NCBI GenBank assembly: GCA_045568075.1
Contig: JBJLBP010000001.1
Location: forward strand, 240,001-272,000
Length of the DNA stretch: 32,000 nucleotides
Reading direction: 5' to 3'
Source of the DNA: Candidatus Thalassarchaeaceae archaeon
Lineage (GTDB): Archaea; Thermoplasmatota; Poseidoniia; Poseidoniales; Thalassarchaeaceae
Position 1 is the stretch's first letter. Every line of letters starts with the position of its first letter. A model generated the notes under the pieces. The model searched no databases. It had not been told where the DNA came from and saw nothing but the letters and a program-made list of their open reading frames with translations. Both the position numbers and the translations under genes were made by a program. This document shows positions 16,375 to 24,797 of this stretch, piece after piece.

Positions 16375-16387
16375 TTGCACCGAGTGT
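16373..16387 (+). promoter_or_regulatory. Copy 2 of the 15-nt motif, TATTGCACCGAGTGT
   Basis: It sits between the TATA candidate and the start codon, where archaeal repressors commonly bind. Confidence 0.4.
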
Positions 16388-16398
16388 TGTCTGACTAC

Positions 16399-17532
16399 AT
16401 GACAGTCATCGCTGGATACGCACGTTCGCCCTTCACCCCTGCTCGAAAGGGGGGACTCGCTCGCACTCGCCCCGATGATATCGCTGCAATGGTAGTCGAT
16501 GGATTGATCGAAAAACTGGGGCTTGACCCCACTCTAGTCGAGGACATAATTGTTGGAACCGCCTTCCCAGAAGGTGAGCAAGGATTCAATCTAGCGCGGA
16601 TGCTGACTTTCTTGACTGATTTACCCGAGTCGGTTCCGGGAGTTACCATCAATCGATTCTGTGGCTCCAGCATGCAAGCAATCCATGATGCTGCTGGACG
16701 AATTGCGATGGGCGCTGGTGAGGCGTTCATCGCCGGTGGAATTGAATCAATGACGCGGATTCCAATGACTGGTTTCAATCCGATGCCGAATCCACGTATG
16801 TCCGATATAGCGCCCGACGCCTTCACCTCGATGGGAATTACCGCCGAAAATTTGGCTGTGAAATACGAGATTGACCGCGTGACCCAGGAGGCTTTCGCAA
16901 TCGAGAGCCACGCGCGTGCGAGCAGCGCGCGTGAAGCAGGCAATTTAGCTGATGAAATCGTTGGCATAGAGACAGATGATGGCTTAGTGTCCGAGGATGG
17001 TTGCATTCGTCCAGGTACTGATGCAGAGACTCTGGCTGGGTTGAATCCAGCATTCGATGCTTCTGGCTCGGTCACTGCTGGCACCTCTTCTCCTCTTACC
17101 GACGGAGCGGCTTTCGTCCTCGTCTGCACAGAGGAATTTGCCCAGGAAAATGGACTCAAGCCGCTTGCGCGCATCCTTTCGACAGCGGTCAGTGGATGTG
17201 CGCCTGAACTCATGGGCATAGGTCCGGTTGAAGCTAGTAACAAGGCATTAGAGAGAGCCGGTCTGACACTAGACGATATCGACATTGTCGAACTTAACGA
17301 GGCCTTCGCAGCTCAATCCCTGGCGGTCATCCAAGAACTTGGCCTCGATTCATCAAAAGTCAATATCGACGGAGGTGCAATCGCTCTTGGCCACCCATTG
17401 GGAGCTAGTGGCGCGCGCATCACCGGCAAGGCGGCTAGCCTGCTTCAGCGCAATGGAGCAAAGCTCGCGTTGGCCACGATGTGCGTAGGTGGCGGGCAAG
17501 GAATCGCCACCGTTCTTGAGAAGTATGAATGA
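16399..17532 (+). CDS. fadA: Acetyl-CoA C-acyltransferase (3-ketoacyl-CoA thiolase, FadA-like)
   Basis: [14 protein letters not shown]..., the active-site Cys in [27 protein letters not shown] and CVGGGQGIA. The track ORF starts at a TTG (16375). The ATG at 16399 matches canonical thiolase N-termini. Confidence 0.92.
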   Translation: MTVIAGYARSPFTPARKGGLARTRPDDIAAMVVDGLIEKLGLDPTLVEDIIVGTAFPEGEQGFNLARMLTFLTDLPESVPGVTINRFCGSSMQAIHDAAGRIAMGAGEAFIAGGIESMTRIPMTGFNPMPNPRMSDIAPDAFTSMGITAENLAVKYEIDRVTQEAFAIESHARASSAREAGNLADEIVGIETDDGLVSEDGCIRPGTDAETLAGLNPAFDASGSVTAGTSSPLTDGAAFVLVCTEEFAQENGLKPLARILSTAVSGCAPELMGIGPVEASNKALERAGLTLDDIDIVELNEAFAAQSLAVIQELGLDSSKVNIDGGAIALGHPLGASGARITGKAASLLQRNGAKLALATMCVGGGQGIATVLEKYE

Positions 17533-17541
17533 GGTGAGTGA

Positions 17542-19962
17542 ATGGGTTCGAAATTAGATCGTTCGGAGTCGCAGAGCGCCGCGGCAGAAGTCGATGAGGC
17601 GAGCGCGGACGATACGCTTGCCCAATCACTCCGAATAGAACGCGTCGCCGTCATTGGCAGTGGTGTCATGGGCGCTGGAATTGCTGCACATTGCGCAAAT
17701 GCCGGCTGCGAAGTAATGCTTCTAGACATCGTCCCGGAAGGAGTCGAAGATCGTGATTCTTTGGCCAAGGGAGCAATCACCAAGATGCTCAAATCTGACC
17801 CGGAGATGTTGATGCATAAATCGTATGTAAAACGTATCACTGCGGGTAATATTGAGGACCATCTCGAACTCCTGAAAGGCTACGATTGGGTCGTCGAAGT
17901 TATCATTGAAAACCTCGAAATAAAGCGTTCTCTTTACGAGAGATTGATAGAACATCTGGGCACCAATACAATACTCTCATCCAATACTTCAACACTGCCA
18001 CGTTCGGCTCTGACACACGGAATGCCGCACGATATAGCCAGCCGATTCCTCATCACTCACTTCTTCAATCCGCCACGATATCTTCCTCTTCTGGAAGTCG
18101 TGGCGGGGCCAGAAGTCGACGACTCGGTCGTCGCACGCTTTGCCGAATTCGGTGATATCCAACTTGGCAAGCGTGTCACATTCTGCAACGACACACCCGG
18201 ATTCATCGGCAACCGCTTGGGCGTGTATTTTGTCCAACGAGCCATCAAGGCGACACTTGACCATGGATTCACAGTCGAGCAAGCCGATGCTATGCTTGGC
18301 CGACCAATCGGCCTGCCAAAAACCGGCGTTTTCGCATTGATGGATCTCGTCGGCATAGACCTGATTCCCCACGTCATGGAAAGCATGCTAGCCCACTTAC
18401 ACCCAGAGGATGCATTCCACGAAATCGCTGGCGCCGGAGACGAAATCATCCGTGAAATGCTAGCCGACGGTTACACCGGACGGAAGGGAAAGGGAGGCTT
18501 CTACCGACTCAACCGTGAGGGTGGTGGCAAAGTCAAGGAAGCGCGTAACCTCAACACAGGAGAGTACGTTGTAGCCAACCGCAAGGCAGCATTCCCCTCG
18601 GCTAAAATGTCCAAACAAGGACTTGGCCGACTTCTCGATCACCACGATGAAGGTGCAGCCTTTGTCAATGAGGTACTGCTAGACACGTTCTGCTACGCAG
18701 CGAACCTCGTTCCAGAGGTCACCGAGGACATCAGCAACATCGATGGAGCCATGCGTGTGGGTTACAATTGGAAGCTCGGACCGTTTGAGATGATGGATAA
18801 AATTGGTGCAGCAAGCATCGTTAAGCGTCTCGAAGCCGCTGGAAAATCAGTCCCAGAATTCATCGCTCTCGCAGCCGAAAAAGGTGGCTTCTACACAACA
18901 GAAGAAGCAGAAATCAATCGCCTTACACCGAGTAGCACGCGAGCCAAAGTCGTCAGAGGTTCAGACACTCTCACTGTCGCTGACCTCAAGCGCCGTGGCA
19001 AGCCTCTCCGACGCAACGCCAGTGCTAGCATATGGGATGCTGGCGATGGCGTACTACTCATCGAATACCATTCGAAGATGAACGCAATGGACCCACTTTC
19101 GATGGAGATAATCCTCATGGCGGTCGATATGGCTGATTTCGGCGATTGGAAAGGCATTCTCATCGCCAATGATGGTAAGAATTTCTGTGCCGGAGCCAAT
19201 CTCGGGCTCGCCCTATTCGCTGCAAACCTCGCAGCTTGGAATGAATTAGAGGAGTTCATCGGACTCGGCCAAGAAGCCTATCAGGCACTCAAGTATGCTG
19301 AGGTTCCAGTAGTAGCAGCCTCCACTGGGGTTTGTGTTGGAGGAGGTGCAGAAGTCCTCCTCCATTGCGACGCCGTACAAGCCCACGCCGAGTCATACAT
19401 TGGACTAGTCGAAGTGGGCGTTGGAATCGTCCCTGGATGGGGTGGTTGCAAGGAGATGCTCGCCCGCTTACGCGACTTCGGTATAGCAGCCGGCGGGCCG
19501 ATGGGCCCGGTAATGCAAGCCTTCGAGATGATCGGCACAGCCCAAGTAGCCAAATCAGCCGAGCAAGCACGAAGAATGGGCTTTCTGCGCCCGGAAGACC
19601 GTATCACAATGAACCGCGATCGACTCATCGCCGACGCAAAATCGACTCTTCTCGAACTAGCCCAAGATTACACTCCACCAGAACCGCACACGTACAACCT
19701 CCCTGGTCCAACCGCGAAGGCCGCACTTGACATGGCGGTTGCCGACCTCGCTCGGTCCGGCCAAGCCACCCCACACGATGTCGTCGTAACCGCTGAGCTC
19801 GCTCACATCCTCTCCGGCGGTGACACAGACATTCTCGATGATCTCAGCGAGGATGACATCCTAGCGATGGAACTCGCTGCAATAGCAAAACTCTCGCGTG
19901 ACGAAGCCACTTTGGCAAGGATGGAGCACATGGTTTTGAAGGGGAAACCGCTGAGGAATTGA
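17542..19962 (+). CDS. Fused 3-hydroxyacyl-CoA dehydrogenase (N-terminal) / enoyl-CoA hydratase (C-terminal), FadN-like domain order
   Basis: 806 aa. Rossmann motif VAVIGSGVMGAGIAAHCANAG...LLD, HFFNPP, and C-terminal crotonase NFCAGANLG...GGGAEVLL. A GAGGTGA SD site lies upstream. Confidence 0.9.
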   Translation: MGSKLDRSESQSAAAEVDEASADDTLAQSLRIERVAVIGSGVMGAGIAAHCANAGCEVMLLDIVPEGVEDRDSLAKGAITKMLKSDPEMLMHKSYVKRITAGNIEDHLELLKGYDWVVEVIIENLEIKRSLYERLIEHLGTNTILSSNTSTLPRSALTHGMPHDIASRFLITHFFNPPRYLPLLEVVAGPEVDDSVVARFAEFGDIQLGKRVTFCNDTPGFIGNRLGVYFVQRAIKATLDHGFTVEQADAMLGRPIGLPKTGVFALMDLVGIDLIPHVMESMLAHLHPEDAFHEIAGAGDEIIREMLADGYTGRKGKGGFYRLNREGGGKVKEARNLNTGEYVVANRKAAFPSAKMSKQGLGRLLDHHDEGAAFVNEVLLDTFCYAANLVPEVTEDISNIDGAMRVGYNWKLGPFEMMDKIGAASIVKRLEAAGKSVPEFIALAAEKGGFYTTEEAEINRLTPSSTRAKVVRGSDTLTVADLKRRGKPLRRNASASIWDAGDGVLLIEYHSKMNAMDPLSMEIILMAVDMADFGDWKGILIANDGKNFCAGANLGLALFAANLAAWNELEEFIGLGQEAYQALKYAEVPVVAASTGVCVGGGAEVLLHCDAVQAHAESYIGLVEVGVGIVPGWGGCKEMLARLRDFGIAAGGPMGPVMQAFEMIGTAQVAKSAEQARRMGFLRPEDRITMNRDRLIADAKSTLLELAQDYTPPEPHTYNLPGPTAKAALDMAVADLARSGQATPHDVVVTAELAHILSGGDTDILDDLSEDDILAMELAAIAKLSRDEATLARMEHMVLKGKPLRN

Positions 19963-19971
19963 GGTGAGAAA

Positions 19972-21774
19972 ATGGTAGTTTACAAGGCACCCTACGACGA
20001 ATATGAATTCCTATTCCACGAAGTTTTTGACGTCCTGGACCTAGCAAAACGCCTTGGCCACGAAGATCTCGATCGCGACTTCATCCGTATGGTAATGGAG
20101 GGTTGGGGGAACTATTGCACTGAAGTTCTCCTGCCTCTCAATGAGGTAGGAGACCGTGAGGGATTGGTTTTCGAATCCGGTGAGGTGACGATGCCTAGCG
20201 GATTCGTCGATGCTTGGAAGGAAGGTGTCGAGGCAGGTTGGTTTGCCACTACTTGCAGACCTGAACATGGTGGTATGGCCTTGCCTCAATTCGTTCGCAA
20301 CGGCGTCGATGAGATTGCGATTTCAGCGAATATGTCGCTTTCGGTTGTGCCTGCTCTTGGACTCGGTGTCTACGAGTTGGTGACTAATCATGGTGTGCAG
20401 GAATTAATCGATCATTATGGTGAATACTTGGCCAATGGACATTGGTGCGGTACTATGTGTTTGACAGAGCCGCACGCTGGCACCGATTTGGGAATTATTC
20501 GTACAAAGGCGGTGCCGCAAGATGATGGTTCTTATCGCGTGACTGGGACGAAGATTTTCATCACCGCTGGTGAGCACGATTTGTCTGAGAACATCGTCCA
20601 CATGGTGCTCGCTAAGACTCCTGGTGCGCCCGAGGGTACGAAGGGAATTTCTCTCTTCATCGTTCCGAAATTATTGCCAAAAGACTGGAAGTCTGGTAGC
20701 GTTGAGGGGCTTTCTCGCGAGCTGAGTGATGCCCGAAATGGAGTTACTTGTTCAGGGATTGAAGAGAAGATGGGGCTGCATGCTTCACCAACCTGTGTAC
20801 TGAATTTTGATGACTCAGTCGGATGGCTTGTAGGTGAATTGAACTCCGGCATGTCGCTCATGTTTGAGATGATGAATCGCGAGCGATTGGCGACAGGAAT
20901 GATGGGTCTAGGACTTGGTGAAATCGCTTACCAAAACGCTCTCGCTTGGGCACGAGAGCGACGCCAGGGTCGAGACCTCAAGGGAATTCGCGACCCTTCG
21001 CAGGCGGCGGACAATATCCTCGTCCACCCAGACGTCCGCCGGATGTTACTCACTGCTAAGGTCAACAACGAGGGCTGCCGAGCCCTCGGTGTTTGGGTAG
21101 GCACGCTGCTCGATCAATTACATTCTGATGAAGATGAAACCCGAGAGCGTGCCGAGGCGCTCATCGCACTACTCACACCGGTCGTCAAAGCCCACTTCAC
21201 CGATCTCGGCTGTGAGACGACCAGCACTTGTATGCAGGTCATGGGTGGTGCTGGTTATTGCTCGGAGTATGGCGTCGAGCAGTTCTATCGTGATGTACGA
21301 ATTTCCAAGATTTGGGAAGGAACCAACGGAATCCAAGCACTCGATTTAGCCGGCCGTAAAATCACTCAAGATCTCGGCCGAAACCTGCGATATTTGATGT
21401 GGCCTCTCGCCGAATTCATCGAGGAGAACCGCGATATTCCGGAGATGGCGGAGTTCAACAAACCGCTTCATAAAGGCGTTCGTGGCCTCCAGCAACTCAC
21501 CTTGCTAATGATTAGTCAAGGAATGGGTAATCCCCACTTCCTCGCGGCTGGCGCAACCGATTACTGCCGCTACTTCGGCAATATCATGCTCGCGTACATG
21601 TGGGCAAGGATGGCGCGCGTCTGCCTCGAGCATCCAGACTCTGATTTCCATCAAGCGAAACTAGCTAGTGCGCGTGTTTTCTTCAGCCGAATCTATCCGG
21701 AAACCATCTCATTGGGAGCCAACATCCAGGCTGGACACAAGGATTTGATGAATTATCCAGAGGCGATGATGTGA
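19972..21774 (+). CDS. Long-form acyl-CoA dehydrogenase (about 600 aa, FadE-like)
   Basis: CLTEPHAGTDLG, the FAD/substrate region, YRDVRISKIWEGTNGIQALDL, and an extra C-terminal helical domain. A GAGGTGA SD site lies upstream. Confidence 0.9.
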   Translation: MVVYKAPYDEYEFLFHEVFDVLDLAKRLGHEDLDRDFIRMVMEGWGNYCTEVLLPLNEVGDREGLVFESGEVTMPSGFVDAWKEGVEAGWFATTCRPEHGGMALPQFVRNGVDEIAISANMSLSVVPALGLGVYELVTNHGVQELIDHYGEYLANGHWCGTMCLTEPHAGTDLGIIRTKAVPQDDGSYRVTGTKIFITAGEHDLSENIVHMVLAKTPGAPEGTKGISLFIVPKLLPKDWKSGSVEGLSRELSDARNGVTCSGIEEKMGLHASPTCVLNFDDSVGWLVGELNSGMSLMFEMMNRERLATGMMGLGLGEIAYQNALAWARERRQGRDLKGIRDPSQAADNILVHPDVRRMLLTAKVNNEGCRALGVWVGTLLDQLHSDEDETRERAEALIALLTPVVKAHFTDLGCETTSTCMQVMGGAGYCSEYGVEQFYRDVRISKIWEGTNGIQALDLAGRKITQDLGRNLRYLMWPLAEFIEENRDIPEMAEFNKPLHKGVRGLQQLTLLMISQGMGNPHFLAAGATDYCRYFGNIMLAYMWARMARVCLEHPDSDFHQAKLASARVFFSRIYPETISLGANIQAGHKDLMNYPEAMM

Positions 21775-22829
21775 TTCATGAAGGCCGCCGGCAGAAGTTC
21801 CAACGTAAGGCTCGCCGGGCGGCAGCTTATGCAAAGACTCCAGTTCGATGGACTCCGAGTATCCCAACGATCCTCTCGTTGGTTTTCACCATCGAATTTC
21901 TGAGTATCTTGCTCTGGCCGGAACTGAAAGATAACCGAGCCTTCGTACTCTTTGTCGGGCTTTCGATTCCAGTTGGAGCATGGCTCTTCGTCTATTGGAA
22001 AATCTACCTGTCAGTATTCACCACGCCGACACGAAATTATGTCGATGTCACAGATGAGCGCTGGCGCGACATCAGATTCTACGGTTGGGGTGAAGAGGAA
22101 CTCAAGGCGAAGGTTTTGCCCGGTGCCGACGATAATCGTGACCTTATTCTCTATCTTCATGGTTACAGTTCATCCCTCGGTCGTGGGGAGACTCGCTGTC
22201 AACATCTGAACGGTCTCGGCCCTCATGTCATCGGACTCGACCAACGTGGTTTTGGAAGACAGGACGGTCGCCTAGATTGGACGCTATTGAAGGCGACCGC
22301 AGACGCTGAGGCTCTGCTTGAAACCGCTCCTCAATACCTCGGTTTTGAGCCCAATCGCGTCTGGATTTATGGCCATTCAATGGGGGGCTTCATTACCATC
22401 CGTCTGGCCAGTCATCCATCCGGATGGTGGGAAGGAAAATTACAGGGCATTATTCTCGAATCCCCCGTCACTTCCTTCCCCAAAATCATCGACGAAAAAT
22501 TACCCGGGCGCATGGTCATGGCAAAACCATGGGTAAGGCATGTCCTGCGCCGCGAATACGAACGCATTCACCCTGATCTAAACGTCCGCTACGCCAATTC
22601 TGAACTACCATATTGGGGTACTCCGAAGGTGCCCTTTCTGGTGATTCAGTCAGCCGAGGACGAGGTCCTCGGCTTGGACCACTATGACTTGCTAACTGAG
22701 CACCTCAATCCCAACGATTCTAATTCCTCCATCCACCTCATCGAAGGTATGCCACATACTGCGACTGTTGACCAGCCCGTGCGTGCTGAATTGGTTGAGG
22801 GATGGTTGGAAGCAAAATTGGCGGAATGA
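21771..22829 (+). CDS. Membrane-anchored alpha/beta-fold hydrolase (esterase/lipase/lysophospholipase-like)
   Basis: 352 aa. Two N-terminal TM helices (ILSLVFTIEFLSILLW; FVLFVGLSIPVGAWLFVYW). Oxyanion LYLHGY, nucleophile elbow GHSMGG, then Asp (SAEDE) and His (GMPHTA). The GTG start overlaps the ACAD stop by 4 nt. Confidence 0.75.
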   Translation: MIHEGRRQKFQRKARRAAAYAKTPVRWTPSIPTILSLVFTIEFLSILLWPELKDNRAFVLFVGLSIPVGAWLFVYWKIYLSVFTTPTRNYVDVTDERWRDIRFYGWGEEELKAKVLPGADDNRDLILYLHGYSSSLGRGETRCQHLNGLGPHVIGLDQRGFGRQDGRLDWTLLKATADAEALLETAPQYLGFEPNRVWIYGHSMGGFITIRLASHPSGWWEGKLQGIILESPVTSFPKIIDEKLPGRMVMAKPWVRHVLRREYERIHPDLNVRYANSELPYWGTPKVPFLVIQSAEDEVLGLDHYDLLTEHLNPNDSNSSIHLIEGMPHTATVDQPVRAELVEGWLEAKLAE

Positions 22830-22832
22830 AAT

Positions 22833-23111
22833 ATGGATTTGAAGAAGCGATTTGAGCGTGCCACGAAGCGAGTTTGGAGACTCAAAGAACGACCTGACGA
22901 CATGATTCTGTTGGAGCTTTACGCGCTCTACAAACAGGTGACTGAAGGAGATGCCCGAAGCCCGCGACCAATCAGAGACGGTTTGGCCGGAATGGCGAAG
23001 TGGCGTGCTTGGCGCAAATTGCGCGGAATCACCGTCAATGAGGCGATGGAGCGCTATTGCGGCATTGTAGATAGGCTGATGTCTGGCGGTGCAAATCCTG
23101 CTGTGAGTTGA
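22833..23111 (+). CDS. Acyl-CoA-binding protein (ACBP)
   Basis: 92 aa. F..A...V..LK..P.D..LL.LYALYKQVT.GD....RP......MAKW.AW..L.G....AM..Y matches the canonical ACBP signature nearly position for position. Confidence 0.85.
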   Translation: MDLKKRFERATKRVWRLKERPDDMILLELYALYKQVTEGDARSPRPIRDGLAGMAKWRAWRKLRGITVNEAMERYCGIVDRLMSGGANPAVS

Positions 23112-23614
23112 GTAGAATGATCGATGAAGCCCGACTTCAAAGCGAATTGAAGAGGCTTTCAGGCTGGGCGCGCTTCCGCGCTTTCACAGTTCTCTCGATG
23201 CCTTCGGCCGCTTTTGTCGGATTGCGTTTTGTTCGTGCTGATGAAGAAGTCTGTGTGACTTCTATACCCGGCGGTTGGCGCTCGCAAAATCCTTTCAAAA
23301 CGATGTACTGGGCGGCTCAAGGTATGGCGGCCGAACTTGCGACAGGCGTCGTTCCATTTGCGATTTCGCGAACTACTAAGCGCGGTATCCGTATGTTTGT
23401 TGTTGGTACAGAAGCGACATTCGTCAAGCGCGCGAAGGGCAAGATTGTATTCACTTGCGAAGATATTGCTGCCGCGCGCGCAGCGATCGAAGAGACCCTT
23501 ACTACCGGTGAGAAAATCGATCTCGATCTACGCGCTGTCGGACGAGACTCGGATGGAGACATTGTCTCAGAGTGGGTGTTCAAGTGGAACTTCCGTGCTC
23601 GCGAGAACCAGTAG
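23108..23614 (+). CDS. Hotdog-fold thioesterase-like protein (DUF4442-like; assignment tentative)
   Basis: 168-aa ORF with a TTG start that overlaps the ACBP stop; an alternative ATG lies at 23117. NPFKTMYWAAQGMAAELATG and the size resemble PaaI/DUF4442 hotdog proteins as I recall them. Its position in the beta-oxidation operon supports an acyl-CoA role. Confidence 0.55.
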   Translation: MSRMIDEARLQSELKRLSGWARFRAFTVLSMPSAAFVGLRFVRADEEVCVTSIPGGWRSQNPFKTMYWAAQGMAAELATGVVPFAISRTTKRGIRMFVVGTEATFVKRAKGKIVFTCEDIAAARAAIEETLTTGEKIDLDLRAVGRDSDGDIVSEWVFKWNFRARENQ

Positions 23615-23636
23615 AACCGCAAGGTGGGGGAGAAAC

Positions 23637-24608
23637 ATGGGAATGAGTACATCTTTCACCGAGCACGCTGGAGTCGAACACCCAATCATCTGCGGAGCAA
23701 TGTATCCATGTTCGAACCCCGAACTAGTTGCCGCCGCCGCTAATGGCGGCGGAATGGCAATCCTTCAGCCAGTCTCGCTAACCTACGTTCACGGCTGGGA
23801 TTTACGAGAAGGAATCCGCTACATTCGAAGCCTCACGGACCAACCGATCGGCTTCAACGCCCTCATAGAAAAAGGCTCCAAGAAGTACATTGAGCGCATG
23901 TCGGAATGGATCGATATCGCTCTTGAGGAAGACATCCGCTTCTTCGTCACCTCCCTTGGAAAACCCGATTGGGTTTGTGAGCGCGTACACGCAAAAGGTG
24001 GATTCGTCTATCACGATGTGACCACACGCAAGCACGCGTTGAAAGGAATCGAATGCGGAGTCGACGGCCTAATCTGTGTCAATAACCGAGCCGGCGGACA
24101 TCTTGGAACCGATTCAGCAGCAGCGATGTACGCCGAACTAAGCGATCTTGAAACTCCCCTAATCTGCGCGGGAGGCATCGGTAGTGAGGAGGAATTATCC
24201 GAGGTCATGGCAATGGGTTATGCTGGGGTGCAAATGGGTACTCGATTCATCGCTACGAGTGAATGTAATTCTCCAGATGATTACAAGCAAGCGATCGTCG
24301 ATGCCAGTGAGGAAGACATCGTCTGGACCAACCGACTCACAGGAGTCCCGATATCGGTAATTCGCTCTGAAGGCTACCAGCAAGAAAATAGCTGGGTGAT
24401 GCGAAAATGGCTTTCAAGCCGTTGGAAACACTCTGCTAGAATGTTCCTCAATTTGCTTTCCTTCACCAAACTTCGTCGCCTCGAAAAAGGCAAGGGAAGC
24501 ACAGCGAAGAAAAAGGAATTTTTCTCGGCGGGCAAGAGTGTTGAAACGGTTCACAGCGTCGAATCAGCGACCGTAATTATGGCCCGTCTTGGGCAATCTC
24601 TTGCTTAG
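23637..24608 (+). CDS. Nitronate monooxygenase / FabK-like FMN-dependent oxidoreductase (NMO family)
   Basis: Preferred ATG at 23637 (MGMSTSFTEHAGVEHPIICGAMYPCSNPELVAAAANGGGMAIL), preceded by GGTGGGGGAG. Also ICAGGIG and GYAGVQMGTRF. The track ORF start at 23337 is an upstream extension that overlaps the previous gene. Confidence 0.85.
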   Translation: MGMSTSFTEHAGVEHPIICGAMYPCSNPELVAAAANGGGMAILQPVSLTYVHGWDLREGIRYIRSLTDQPIGFNALIEKGSKKYIERMSEWIDIALEEDIRFFVTSLGKPDWVCERVHAKGGFVYHDVTTRKHALKGIECGVDGLICVNNRAGGHLGTDSAAAMYAELSDLETPLICAGGIGSEEELSEVMAMGYAGVQMGTRFIATSECNSPDDYKQAIVDASEEDIVWTNRLTGVPISVIRSEGYQQENSWVMRKWLSSRWKHSARMFLNLLSFTKLRRLEKGKGSTAKKKEFFSAGKSVETVHSVESATVIMARLGQSLA

Positions 24609-24613
24609 AAAAT

Positions 24614-24629
24614 GAGCCACCGATGGCTC
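24614..24629 (+). terminator. Hairpin GAGCCA-CCGA-TGGCTC, 6 nt after the NMO stop
   Basis: Perfect 6-bp inverted repeat read directly from the sequence, in the 189-bp convergent spacer. Confidence 0.3.
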
Positions 24630-24697
24630 CGAAGTAAACCGTATTTAGCGGCCTGGAAATTAGGATAAACTTCCGGTTAGAGAATCATACGAAACAA

Positions 24698-24721
24698 CCC
24701 ATCGGCAATGGCATCGATGGG
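24698..24721. terminator. Hairpin CCCATCG-10 nt-CGATGGG in the convergent spacer
   Basis: Perfect 7-bp inverted repeat read directly from the sequence. It could serve either convergent gene. Confidence 0.25.
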
Positions 24722-24797
24722 ATATCTCTCTCACCCGGCAGGGTCATCATAACAACTCCACAAGTGGTACACATTGAATCTACGATAGCGACGTTGC

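Noticed and set aside
16395-17285. 296-aa minus-strand ORF covering most of the thiolase gene
   Set aside because: Its product is Ser/Pro/Ala/Arg-rich with no motifs. The + strand encodes a textbook thiolase. This is a typical shadow ORF produced by codon bias.
20161-20180. GGTTTTCGAATCCGG, which resembles a tRNA T-arm
   Set aside because: It lies inside the conserved ACAD coding frame. No acceptor, D or anticodon arms can be drawn around it.
23337-23636. Upstream 100-codon extension of the NMO-family ORF in the track
   Set aside because: It overlaps the thioesterase-like gene in another frame. The family's conserved N-terminus begins at the ATG at 23637, which has an SD-like GGTGGGGGAG.
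24609-24797. Possible small RNA or tRNA in the 189-bp convergent spacer
   Set aside because: It holds only two simple hairpins consistent with 3'-end structures. There is no tRNA cloverleaf, and no C/D or H/ACA boxes.
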